A stretch of 64,000 nucleotides of DNA from Ylistrum balloti (Eukaryota), in assembly GCF_031769215.1 (NCBI RefSeq), contig NW_026781981.1, positions 806,001-870,000 of the forward strand. Direction: 5' to 3'. Position numbers and translations under genes: made by a program. Every line of letters starts with the position of its first letter. The stretch's first letter is position 1. Under the pieces are notes generated by a model. It worked only from the letters and a program-made list of their open reading frames with translations. It was not told the origin of the DNA and searched no databases. This document shows positions 37,970-51,110 of this stretch, piece after piece.

Positions 37970-39224
37970 TTTGCCTGGTAGGTGTTGGCACGCCTCACGC
38001 TCAGCAGATTTTGTGATTTTGCATCTATTAACACTTCATGATTTTGATCCGAGTAAGGTGAATGGGCACTTTGATTCGCTATTGATTGACAGCCATCTCC
38101 TCGGGGTACTGATGCTTATTACAGCTGGTTAGAATCTCCTTGAATACCTCTAAGGGAATCACTTTTCACTTCCTAAGTCAACGTTCTGATTAATAAGTCT
38201 GCAAGTTAATATTGAAAATCAAAGTACTATCAGACAAGGCCTTATGCTGAATTAACCGTATGTCATTTTCCTGAATGTTAGTCGAATGTTAGTTAAATGT
38301 GATCAGTTATCACACACATGTTTCTTTCAATAGGGAATGTTTGATTCTTCGTATCATAACGATGTCAGTATATTCACAATTATTTGTTTTCACGTTTTTA
38401 CACGCTGTATATTGGTTACTATTTCATTTTTTCTTATCAAGTCCAATCATTTATTTGTGGGTTCACTTTAAATAAAGTTAATGGTCATGAAAACTTTGTA
38501 CCTTGATCCAAAATAGACTGATGACCACTCCCGGGGGCAATCGTACCTACAAGTATGTTCATGACATGGTATAGACAAGTTTGGTATTACCGTCTAAGCG
38601 CCATATTAATCGACACAGTATCATTCTTCATCGGCTGAATGAAATGTTGCCTTGTGGCCGCATAGTTCATGCTTGATATACTTGTATCTCGTGTTCAGTT
38701 TTGATTAAGTGTGCTTATCGTATAAGCGGCGTTTTTTTTCAAATTCTTTTAAGATTTCAGTCTACATGTATGTCATGTTTCAAATTCATATAAATAGTGT
38801 CAAGTTTAAGAGTACACTAACGTCATTTTGACGTAGCATTTAGGTCCCTAGCATCAATAGTTAAATGGAACGACTTAATGAGCTATCAGACATATGTTAT
38901 AGCACATACTTAATTTGTAGCTTTGATATGATATTTTAACAAAGATCAAGTAATTGACCGAGTTGTAACATTGTCTTTCAATTTGGTGAAAGGTTTACCT
39001 ACGCATCAAATTGTTTTGAACAAATTATTCCAACGCGTAAATGGCGATGACGACAAATCCTAATATGCGAAAAACGCTACAGCAAAATACACCAAAGTGT
39101 CACAAAACAGCAGAGAAAATACCAACTTGTCACCAGAAGCATAATCCAAACTCAAATTGGGTAAAACAAGGATGAATAACCAACAAAAATAAATATTTAC
39201 ACGGACACTCTTGAAAAATATAAG

Positions 39225-39282
39225 GTATTCCAAAAGAGCAAGCGTCTTCTGCTTCATCGACGACATCCTCTATGTTAGTCAA
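39225..39282 (-). repeat. Isolated copy of the retroelement terminal motif (atgtcgtcgatgaagcagaagacgc)
   Basis: Matches 35801-35831. Further diverged copies occur at ~18520-18570 and ~41898-41940 on the minus strand. Confidence 0.6.
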
Positions 39283-42200
39283 GATTATTTCTAGTAAGTA
39301 ATATCACATTTTCAAATGAAAATACGATAAACAACAACGGAACAAACAGGTGTACTAACTAACATCAAACACAAACAACTTCACATTGCATAAAAAAAAT
39401 CCAAAAGAGATCATTAGGAAGATGATCCCCCATCATTTTCAATATCTCGCATCACCCGAAAAAACTTGTTGCGCGTTTATCTACCAGTTTCCCACAAGAA
39501 CAAGTCTGGTCAACGAATCAACTGCGACATGTAAACACCATGGGTGGTAAAACCCTTGTAAAATATACCAGTTCCAATATTTGTTATATTGCGATGATGG
39601 AATAGAATTGAGAAAATGGTACCTGGGAAAAACAAATAAAAAAGATAAATCCTTGTGTTGTGAATTATTCTCTACACTTTGATCGAATATGTGTGATCTG
39701 TGTGTGTGTGGTTAACTATTGTTTTGCATATGTTAAATATAAATATATACACTGCATTGATAAACCGTAACGTTAAGGGTAAAAATTGATTAATTGCATT
39801 GTATCGTTACGAAAATCAAAGCAGATATTCAGTTGGCCCTGACAAGGGCTAGGTGACATATAAGCTCGGAGTATAGTGAACACCTTCGCGCTGACCTTGT
39901 TTCTGTCAGGTCAGGCCAACAGGAAGTAACACCTGTGCTGATTAATGGGAATCTTACACGACGTAGAAGTGTCCGATGATTGATTGCAGAGACACCTGCC
40001 TTAAGTTCAAGTTTAAATTCATTTGTCACGTGAAAAAAAGATATCTTAAGTCAGTAAAAAAAAAAAATACCTAAAATCGGTTTAGATAAATAACTTGATA
40101 TGAATGTGTCAATTTAAAAAAAGTTAATAGAATTGACGTTTCTTTAAAATTACAAGTAGAAATATTCAAATAATCAATATTTAGCTAGTATTTTGTTATA
40201 GATATCAACAATTATTCGTGTTCCGATCAGAACTAGATATATTACCATATCAACATATCAATGTTACCAGCGAAATAAGACGCGCGGCTAGTGATCGATG
40301 TCATGGTTGTGCCGAAGTTGGTTTTAATATAAGCTGCATTCACGTAACACGGTTGAAACGGTTCAGGTGGTTTGGAATTATTCCACTATGCATAAACGTA
40401 GTTGTACCGGATGTTGGACCTGATATATGTAAAGCTGAAAATGCACAGTTTCGTAATTTCCTGTCAAGCGAAAAACATTTAACTAGCGTCAAGACAATAT
40501 CCATTTCATTTATGCTTTGTAACACAATGGTCCCGGAAATATGTGAGCGCACCGACCGTACTGTTTATGTTGAAATTCTTAGAAAAACTATCTTTGCTTC
40601 GGACAGGTACGGCTGGACTCCTCAAACTACTCGTGCCGAATATTTCGCAGTCCAGACTCGGTCCAGAATTGTACCTGGCGGTTTTTCTTAAGGGTTCAAC
40701 CGGTCCAACCGTAGCAATTGCTTACGCGAAATCGCCAAGAGTATTGGTTAAAGGGAAACAACTCTATAAAATGTAGGTTTTATAACTTATGTAAAACCGT
40801 CTAGAATATCCTAACATCATTTTTAATATGATACATAATGAACGCAGGCATTAAGCCTCTATGTTCATATCAATGAATAACATAATATGTCCTATCAATG
40901 CTGTTTCTATATTTATTGATGTTAACTACAGGTCCCCGAACAGCATGTCACCTGGGCAAATACATTGAATAACTGAAACAAAGTTGAAGGCTAGTTTTAT
41001 AAGTGTTTGTCTGAATGTTGATAAGTATCGCAATATTAGTTATATCATATTGTTATTTTCATGGATATTTCATGGAAGTTCCTAAATGTATTATTGGAGT
41101 AGTTGAAGTAAAAAAGACAGTTAATTAGAAATAAGGATAGCTGGACATGTTATTGTATTTAACTTATCTGAGTAGGCGAAGTAAAACAAAGACAGTTTAC
41201 TACAAATAAGGATAGCTGAATCTATTATATTATTTAACTTGTTTGAGCTTGAGGATTTAAGCAAAGGCGGGTCTCTACAAATTCCTATGCTGTTGAAGAA
41301 AAGACGAAAGATAACTAGAATTTAAGTGAAAAACAAGGTACCTTTTCGTAACATTATTCTCAATCATGGACATAGTTACAATTGACAACTATTCTATCGA
41401 GAACCAATTCCATTGACTCACGAGTTACCTCCCTTCGATCGATAAACTCTTTACGATTTATAAATATCGGCCTATACTAGGTGCAATACTATTATAATTT
41501 GTCGTTTGTTCGTCTCTTTACTGTAGTAAATAAATAGGTCCTGGACATTTATCCTTATAAATCTGATATCAAAACTCATTAAAGGCAGTCCTTTAGTTCC
41601 ATAGTGTTGTATCAGGATATTATGAATTGTGAAGGTTCGTTTTACTTTTAAATATTGCAAAATGGCATCGTAAAACATGGATACATTCTAATGATATGAA
41701 AGCAATGGAGAGAAAGGATTGTCATGTTACATCTGAAGTTCTTTTTGTTTTTAAGAGATTCGGTATTATCCATAACCGATTTAAAAAGGCATATTAACAT
41801 AATCTTAATTTGAACTAAAAATCAATGAAGCGTGAAGAAACATGACCATAAGAACGATTAACATGGACACCCTTGCAAGAGTTTAACGACAATGAGTTTC
41901 GGAAGGGTTAGTGTCTTCCGTATCATCGACGACACTGGCCATAAACGTCACAAATAAGTTAATTACATCAGCATTCAAAGAACATATGATAATCCATTCA
42001 TGTCCTATTCAATGCAGCAGAATATTTGTTTGACATCTATACTTCCATATAATCATATTGGTTTTAATTAGAGAAAAGTTAAAAAAAACTACAGTATATT
42101 GTACATTCTTCGTGAAATAGTTGAGGATGTAGGATACTACAACTATTTTCCTACAACAGACATTTTCATTTCTCAAGTCAGTCTAGTATTTCCTGTATGT

Positions 42201-42666
42201 ACCTGTCATTTGGTGAACAAGGAAATATCTTCTGGTTATAATTGGCAATGTTCTTTCTCAGAGAAAAAGGATAAGTATGTTTTACTTTCTGTGACAAGAA
42301 AATTTCAAAATTAAGCAGCCAACTGTGTGAAATACATGTATGTGAACATCAATAAAGTATGATGACATTGATGTTAATGCACGTGTTCGTGTATGTACAA
42401 GGAAAACTAAAATTTATGATTTTATTTGTATTATTGATTTGACTTAATGATTATCTCCCCTTTTCTTTCAGGTTTGTAACAGTCCACTTCCATGACCATG
42501 CAATCATGATTACCCATGAAAATAGATTAGGTGTGTTGTGGACTGTGGTAGAGAGTGATTAATGACTGACGCTTTTCCATTATGAGAGGTGTGTATGCAG
42601 TGAGTTAACTATCTTAAGTTAGGAGGTCGTTGATCTCGTTGATTTCGTGGAGATTCTTTATTCGTG

Positions 42667-42668
<2 letters not shown>

Positions 42669-42726
<58 letters not shown>
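42669..42726. repeat. (TC)n microsatellite
   Basis: Pure TC run. Confidence 0.97.
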
Positions 42727-42729
<3 letters not shown>

Positions 42730-43139
42730 GGAGATATAATATATCTATTCCACAAAATCAAATAAACAAACAACAAATTCAGAAAATATAGACTATATCT
42801 TGACTGAATTATTAATAGGTTATTGCGACAGTGGTGTTACCTTTACCATTGATCACCACAACACTATAGGTAAACATACACTGTACATAATGTTTTGATA
42901 CTAAGGTGTAATCAAAGTACTGAAAGTACTGAAAGGCTAAACGTATTGAAAAATGTTCACAAATAACCGCAAAGCTATATTACTTTCCCCATACTCCTAC
43001 ACTTTGGAATGCAAAAATTACTAAAATAAGAGAACCAGAAACTATTTTTCTTAACTTTAAGCGATTTTATATCTTCTTTAATTCTTATTTCAAATTTGAC
43101 GACAATAATGTGAATAAATCAAAATAGGAAAAAAAACAT

Positions 43140-43439
43140 AATAATAACAAAATACACACAACCATATATTTATCGCCAACAAGCCAAATGATAAATAGCT
43201 CTAGGATGAATTTGACTAAATGAAACCTTTGAAATACCCAATAATAATAACAAAATACACACAACCATATATTTATCGCCAACAAGCCAAATGATAAATA
43301 ACTCTAGGATGAATTTGACTAAATGAAACCTTTGAAATACCCAATAATAATAACAAAATACACACAACCATATATTTATCGCCAACAAGCCAAATGATAA
43401 ATAGCTCTAGGATGAATTTGACTAAATGAAACCTTTGAA
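43140..43439. repeat. 103-bp tandem repeat, about 3 copies
   Basis: aataataacaaaatacacacaaccatatatttatcgccaacaagcc...aaacctttgaa repeats with period 103; the shadow ORFs are offset by 103. Confidence 0.95.
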
Positions 43440-46400
43440 TTTGCAATTACTATCCTATCAATATGAGGATTTAGACAAATCGAAAGGACTTTATACCTAC
43501 TTCTTTATTTTGAATGTGTTGCAAAGTAATAGTCCTTACTTATTATAATTATATTTGTAGTTGAGGAAAGTAGATAAGGTGTACACAGCATTTCAGATAG
43601 ATTAAAGTGTAAGTAATTACATTAAATGTATTTACATGCCTATCTTCCTTGGTGTGTCATGGTTAGACTTTTCATAAAGTAATTATGTCTATAAAGACAT
43701 AGTTCTTTGAGATTAAATCAGTTTTCCAAATATATAAAAAATATTTTCACTATAGCTACTACTATTTCTGATCTCCAATGCATTAGATAATGTCACCATG
43801 ACACGCTAAATGAATAAATATCTTATGGAAATAGCTCGTTCTAGTTAATTGATAATTATAAACATGAATATTTTGGGCTTTTTTTATGCGCGTTTAGTTT
43901 AAAGGAATATTTTCTTTTCAAGGAACTTTGATACACATTAACAAACCTTGAGAAATCAGCACAATCAACCTTCATCAAATAAAACTAAAAGACAAAAAAT
44001 ATAAGTTATAACAAAGTCAACATCATGATCAGTACAGTATTAAAAATATATTATTCATAAATCATGAGCACCAAATGCACCTTGCCTACGAAGCGCAAAC
44101 TTTTTATCTTCAATAACTTGAAAAAGCGTCATGGCGGTGGTTGTGAAAAACCTGAAAAAAGTGTCATATCGGCAGGTGTGCTCGTGGGACGAACAGTCCA
44201 ATTCGGTGACGTCTAATGAGGTAAAGTGATGTTATATATTAAGACGATCTTGCCACAACGACAAGGATTAAAACAAAATTGATGTTCTGTTTGTAAGTTT
44301 TGTTTGTTTATAAGTGCTGTTAGTTGATATTTCAAACCAAGCCCCATGACTAGCTTCTTATCAACTCGCACGTACAGTGTTCTGTACGCTTACGTCATGT
44401 CGAGAATTCCGTAAAATATATTGTTCAAAATTAATCAATAGTTCAACCACACTGTGCTTCTTTTTTGAAATATATAGTAATCGTATTGTTATTAAAAAAT
44501 AAACTAAATTTGGATGCTTTTAAAATAGCGATTTGAAAGATCGCGGCATTATTTACGCAGAAAATTGCCGCTAGAGGGCTCTTTTCGATATTTCAGCCAA
44601 TGAGAAGGCCAGGATCGGTAAATTTTGTCTGAAAGGCCGTCGCAATAGGCTATTGGTACTGAGTGCGTTTAGCCTAAAAACGACCTGAATATGTTTATTA
44701 TGGTATACAAACTCTTTTTTTCACCTCCCCCTCTGGTTTTTGACATTTGTTTCGACCAATGTGGATTTCTCTCATCCTAAGTTCCAACATTATAAGTCCT
44801 ACTTTGGTCCTTAGCATCACTTACGATAGAATTGAATAAACGTACAAATGTAAGTTTATATACATCCCAAGTTGACTACTTTATTTCGGTGAGTTCCGAA
44901 AAAATTAGACAGCTATTTTTAGTCGTCGTATCTCAAAGTATCGCTTTTTTTTTGTTTGTTTTGTTGTGCTTTTTGTACATGTAGCCTGGTTTTTGATATA
45001 CATTGTCACTATTCTAAATGAAGTTCGGGATTGCACTATTTTTCGGAAAGAATTTTTCTGATCATGCTGGACCCTCGTTTGCCTAATACGGTCAAGGTAA
45101 CACAAAGAAACATCTGATGAAAATGCCCATTTATGTGAAGAGGTTAAAAATTTGCCTTTATTCTATTAGGTGAACGGTGATCGCCTCTAATTAATTATTT
45201 CCGTCTACTGCGAAAAAATTATTTTGAGTAGTTCTTTGTAGATTTGTTTACAGCGGTCAAGAGTAACCTTTGACATTTTACTCTTGCGCGATGACAATCA
45301 ACAACACTACTATGCCATGGATTTGATGGAGTTAGTTTATGGAATAAATCTGTTGGGAGACTCATGATATAATGTATACACAAAGTTTTTATTTAAAAAA
45401 ATGATCAAGACCGAACCCTTTCCTAAAATAGGTAATCTCAAGGCAATCAAATAACAGGAATTTGTATTTTCTCAATACAGCATATCAACATTACGTAAAG
45501 TGCTTGGATGTTTGATGGACTTAATAAAACACATTTGATGCCGTTGGTAGGAACTAAATGTTTTACAAATCCAGTTAGATAACCAACCACGGCAGAATTT
45601 ACGATATCAGCCATACAAACATTTGTCGGTCCTTGCAAATACAAAGTATACCTCTGAGAGATCACGAAGGCGATCATAAACTTTCCATTATCTTCTAAAA
45701 CCTTCATCTTTCGGAATCCTGAGTGAGTTTATGTATCAGTTGTGTGCATCCTTAACGGACATCAATATATTGGGCACAAGCCCTTGATGACTTGATATTT
45801 TCTAGGTATCTAGAAAAGAAAAATATTGATAAGAAAATCGAAATCATGACGGTTGGAGCCTAGTTGGAAGTTGTCCATGTTGATTATAGGGTTAGGGTAA
45901 GGGGCTGACGTACAAAAGTCAGACGTGTCTTTAATTTTCCAAAAATTGTTTCTCTAAATATCAACAGTCGGTTATCCTTATCTATCAATACCCACATTCC
46001 ACAATCAACGAACACCTTTATCCTCGGTTGTAAATGATGAGTGATTTTTGGTATAGATATATGGGTGTGAATTACATTAGAACGTACATGTGTGTTCCGT
46101 GTACATTTAAAGCCATCATGAAGTATACTGAGGATGGAAACATATGAATACTCCAAGTGTTAGTTGACAATTATTAAAGTTTGGAGGTAAGATCATCCAA
46201 CAGTCCATTAGCATATCAATGGGAAGTATACCCCTCTTTTGGCTGACCTTTCTTTCCATACCAGGCTGAAATGATCAAAGAACATAACAAAACAGCTTGA
46301 AAAGACCTTGCTAATCCTTTATTATGGCTTGATATTGTTAATAAGTGTAGTTTGGAATAGTAAACTTCGTCTTTATTTTCCTTTTTTGATATTCGGCTGA

Positions 46401-47519
46401 TAGAAAAAAAGTCCAAATATTGACAAACAGTATTTTTGCAATACCACACCTTAAAAGTATAAGTTATAAATATAGATTAAATCTTTTTTTGTGAAATGCA
46501 ATACTCACAGTTTTATTTTGCTAATTCTAAACCGTTTTCTTGATAAATGCAGACAATTTTTCCTCTTTTTTATTTTTGAAACTTTTGAAACAATATAAAA
46601 TCACATTTTTAATATTCTATTCTTAAATATATGAGAAATCATATCTCTTAGCATATATACATACTTTTATACATGTTACTACAGCAAGGCAGATTCATGA
46701 TTTCAAGAGTTGAAAAACATAGTGCTTTGTTCTGCTTTAGATAGAGAAAGAAAAAGACAGAAGTAAGAAAAGACAGAGAAAGGACAGAAAAAGAAGGTGC
46801 ATAAAGAAAAATGAAGATTCCTTTTTCATATCATATTATTATTAATAAATTTGATAAAAATATTTCATATATACATTAAATACGAAAAAAATGAAATTTA
46901 ATATATCATGTCAACAGGAATGTAAACATCAGGGTCTAGGCAAGGCTAGCTATACAACTTTTGTGTTTTAAGTATGTGGTTTTGATGTGCTCGTTAGCTT
47001 TATTCTATGCAAAGCGGTTTCATGGTTTTTAATACTGATCCCCGTGGGAGGACGTGATTTTGATGTTTCGTTCGAACCTTCTGGAATTTACTCAGTCGCC
47101 TCCTAGGTTTCAACATTTAGGCCTTTAGGACAACTGATGAATCCTTAAAGGTCAAACCTTCTGTATGATGCAGTTTACTTCATTGTTTGGCTCTGTTGTC
47201 TACTGTATCCTATTTGTATCCTGTATGTTTTTTGTACAATCTTAATTGATCAATGATACCCTGACGGAATATATGTAGTAGGATATCTTTGTCCTACTGA
47301 ATCACGCATTGTTCTTCATTTGCTTGTTCGCATGGTAAATTTAAGTATCGTTCTTTCATTTTGTGCATATTTGTCAACGCGTTTTTTTTTTAAGAATATT
47401 GATTTTGATAACACAACCGTATTATCTTGATTCATTTATGCCTTATGTTGAAATATCTGTGCATATACTTACATACAGCGATGAGAACAAAAGACTAAAT
47501 ATCAACATTTCAACGAAGA

Positions 47520-47595
47520 ATTATTTAATGACAAAAATACACAGGGGTTTTTGGTATTAACTGTAAGTGACGTTGTTGACCTCTTGCGCGAAAAC
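47520..47595 (-). other. GY8 non-coding terminal exon
   Basis: Acceptor tttttattcatttgtag|GTTT at 47596/47595, then GCGCAAGAGG and TACCAAAAACCCCTGTGT (47556-47539), then ATTAAA at 47529-47524. Confidence 0.7.
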
Positions 47596-47868
47596 CTACA
47601 AATGAATAAAAAAAATCATTTTAAACAAGGAGAGACTTTTTTGTATGGTTCATAATTACTGTAACCACTATTATGATAACTATACACGAAGTTAATCACG
47701 GAGTCAACGTTATGGATCTTCTGAAAATATCATAAGCATATTCAGTCATAAAGATCGGGTTCTGAATATCTTTAGAATACATTCATAGTAATTCAACAGT
47801 TAACAAAAGCATTTGACGTAATAAGACATAAATAACTTACCTATATACAAATCTGTTTGTTGTTTTAT

Positions 47869-47918
47869 CTAACCAGTGTTATTGTTGTTGGATAAGAGAG
47901 CCAGTAACAACACGGCTC
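47869..47918 (-). CDS. GY8 coding exon 3: (G)AVLLLALLSNNNNTG*
   Basis: Acceptor aatgtttcag|GA at 47919/47918; TAG at 47871-47869; 3'UTR donor ATAG|gtaagt 28 nt after the stop (47841/47840). Confidence 0.8.
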
Positions 47919-48208
47919 CTGAAACATTGATATCATCAAATATTATAGTACAAACGGAGAATAGAAAAAAAATATGTGAAAACGTAATGATCATATTATC
48001 TACACAGGCGTATAGGTCAGCGGACAGGCGTATAGGTCAGCTGACAGGCGAGGTCAAGGAAAAGCTAGTCTTGTAATATATCACAGTCTTAGCCAGGTTT
48101 GTAACATTTGTTTTAATGATTAGAAATTAAGAGCGACTCGTTCGACTTAAGAGAGGGAAATCATAAGTATATGTGTGTGATTGATACGGGATTGGAAGTA
48201 GTGCCTAC

Positions 48209-48537
48209 CTGCCAAAAGGAAAAAAATGTTGTTGTCGTTGCCGCCGAATGCTCCGCCTCCTCCATACAGTCCTCCGAGTGCTGCCAAAGGAAGATCTCCT
48301 GGTTCTGGGGATGCAACAGGATACAGTATGGTTGGAAAACCATATCCTCCTTGTCCTTGTCCATATCCGCTATATCCGCCATACCCCCCTCCTTTTCCGT
48401 ATCCTCCGTATCCACCATAGTAAGGTGCTACCATACCTCCTTTTCCGTAACCGCTGTACCTACTCATACAATAATGTCGGTGATCAAGAGTATTCGTACA
48501 TACTTTTGTCTAACAATATTAAACCAGTTGTTATGAC
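48209..48537 (-). pseudogene. GY8 main exon: Gly/Tyr-rich body intact, signal-peptide region decayed (pseudogene or leaderless variant starting at ATG 48467)
   Basis: Acceptor ccctatgtcag|GTCA at 48538/48537 is homologous to GY9 cag|GTCA. The first ~70 nt have stops in all frames. The frame is open from 48467 (MSRYSGYGKGG...GNDNNIFFLLA) to the phase-1 donor GCAG|gtaggc at 48209/48208. Confidence 0.7.
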
Positions 48538-50213
48538 CTGACATAGGGAATGGACGATAGTATATTATACTGCGCTGCAATGAACCGGGTTCAAAGGAAA
48601 ATGATATATTTAAAACATACTGCTACTGATGTATAATCAGACCGTTGTACTTTTGCAAAACAGCACCAGATACAGCACTTATATATAAAGTGCATCCTCG
48701 ATACTCCAGGGGTTACAATTATTTTCGCGCTCTGCACACCTGGAAAATGTCATGGCAAAATTGAAGGCACAAGCAAAGTTATTTAATTGGTTTCAGTAGC
48801 AAAATAGTGGTCAAACATAGGCTAATACGTTTCTTTTGAAGATTACAATGGCGCGACATCCAACTTCAAAGCTATTACAATATACTGTTATGCGACCTCG
48901 AGTTTCCTTTGATGTACATCAAAGGACAAAACTAATTTTTTCGTCTTGTCAACAAGGTGTCACACACGGATCCTTCAACTTTGCCAGGACAATATTCCAG
49001 CGGTAGAAAGAGCGAAAATGACCACTGTAACCCCTGTAGTAGCAAGGATACATAAAATGATATACTTATCAATACTAATTTCAGGGGGCATATTAGTTTT
49101 ATCGAAGTTGAATTTGAATTCAAAATCTGTCCATGTTTTCTTTGCTGATTTTGAAAAAAGAAAACAAAACACGAGATAAAGTTAAAGACGTTTCCAATCG
49201 TCGGCGATGTACTAATGCAACTGTGTCAGTACATAATTTGAAAATTGATTAATTAGAGGGTCAGGTTATGAATTTAATCTAAGCTAAAGACTAGAAGACA
49301 TGCTGGTTTGACACCTAGTATGTTTTGAATAATGATATTGCTACACCCGTCGACCTTAACAGTATTTAATTAGCGTATACCTAACAGGCTTTGGACTCGG
49401 AAGACGGTCATCATTGAAACGGTCAGATATGTAAGTTGAGAAGATGACAAGAAAAAGACATTTAAAGACAAAAAATATATTAACAATATTTTTTTGTTTG
49501 CAAGATGTTCTTAAAGATCAATTTACGTACATATTCTGGACGGGGTAGTATGACCCTCCGTATCCGTTACCCATCACCGCCACGGAGAGGCAAGCCAGCG
49601 AGGCAAGCACCGCACAAGCGAACCTCATTTTGAAAACTGCAATTAAAACAAACAAAATACTATTTGTCATAGTGATTAGTATTTTGCCGCCGATGAGTGA
49701 ATTTACACCAGTATAACATTATAAAGTTTATGTCATTTTTCTATTCTTTAATTTCAATGATTATCATAAAACATTTATGTTAACATTTATATCATAACTT
49801 TTTAAATATCCCGCGGTATAAAAAAAAAAAATAAAAAGGAAGTGAACACAATCAACTGTATCCCTTATTCTAGGAAACAAACATATATGAAAATTAAATT
49901 GATATATCGATGTAAAAAATGTTTTTATAGTTATTATGAAAGCAGCAAATTATAGCAAATTAAAACCATTTCCTTTTGCCTCTAAATACATTTTGCAGAT
50001 TTTTCTGGACTTATTTAAGACTTAAAACCTGGTTATAATATTTAATATGACTGAAATAAAACACTTTTGTAATAACTTTCATTCACATGCTATAAACAAA
50101 GAGGTGAAACATTAATATATATCAATAACCAGTAAGTTTTGATATCTAGACTACTTCGATACACAGATAATGTGAACGAAAAATAATTCAATGGTTGGTT
50201 AAAAGAACTGTAC

Positions 50214-50375
50214 CTGTGATCCTTTGGTGGAAGCGGGTCTGTAAAGGATGCTCTACTCCAAGTCAGAACCGCGGTTTTATATGCCTGGCCCCGAGGATGA
50301 GAAAATGTAGGTCGACCAGTTTCCTGTTATTTCCATATGGACTGATTCCGGCCTCCCTTAATCCATCATCTTTCT
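50214..50375 (-). promoter_or_regulatory. GY8 probable promoter and non-coding exon 1
   Basis: On the minus strand: ATTGG/CCAAT just upstream, AGAAAGATGAT at 50375-50365, TATAAAA at 50281-50275, and donor CACAG|gtacag at 50214/50213. Confidence 0.55.
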
Positions 50376-50724
50376 GACCAATCATTCCAACATGACAAGA
50401 TCGTTTATCGCATCGTGAGTGCGAATGCCAAAAATAAAGTTAAATATTATCATAGGTACTATCACAATTAACACAACACAGTTATAACCAGTTACAACAA
50501 ATCTTTATCATGTAGAACAGTATTCAATGTTATAATCATGTTAACCGTTACTGTATTAAAAAATTCGAACATGTTAACATAATCATAATCCAAATCCAAA
50601 ACAAAAGAAAAAAAATATATGGGGCATTATGGGAAAAAAAAGCAAGGATAATATCAGGTGTTAACATCAAATAATGAGATGGTAATAAGAGTATACGTTC
50701 GGTACCTTATAATGACAAAGCACG

Positions 50725-51110
50725 ACATTTAATATGTTTTGTTGATATTAACAGAACACATGATAATTGACAAAGTAACTGATATCAAATATGTTTTGAC
50801 GTAATAATTTAATATGTTTTGTTGATATTAACAGAACACATGATAATTGACATTAAATATGTTGTTGATATTAACAGAACACGTGGTAACTGATATCAAA
50901 TATGTTTTGTAACAGAACACGTAATAATTGACATGGATATGTTTTGTTGATATTAACAGAGCACATGATAATTGACATTAGATATGTTGATGATATTAAC
51001 AGAACACGTGGTAACTGATATCAAATATGTTTTGTAACAGAACACGTAATAATTGACATGAATATGTTTTGTTGATATTAACAGAACACGTGAAAATTGA
51101 TATTTAAGAA
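50725..51110. repeat. ~44-bp degenerate minisatellite (aatatgttttgttgatattaacagaacacatgataattgacatt)
   Basis: Tandem units are directly visible. Confidence 0.9.

Noticed and set aside
40218-40776. 157-aa and overlapping ORFs in a moderately GC-rich block
   Set aside because: No recognisable domain, non-ATG starts and no convincing splice frame. Possibly a decayed transposon; not supportable without a search.
36900-42540. Isolated strong plus-strand acceptors (~36926, ~42471) suggesting a host or antisense transcript
   Set aside because: They could not be linked into a coherent multi-exon model. Such signals occur by chance in AT-rich DNA.
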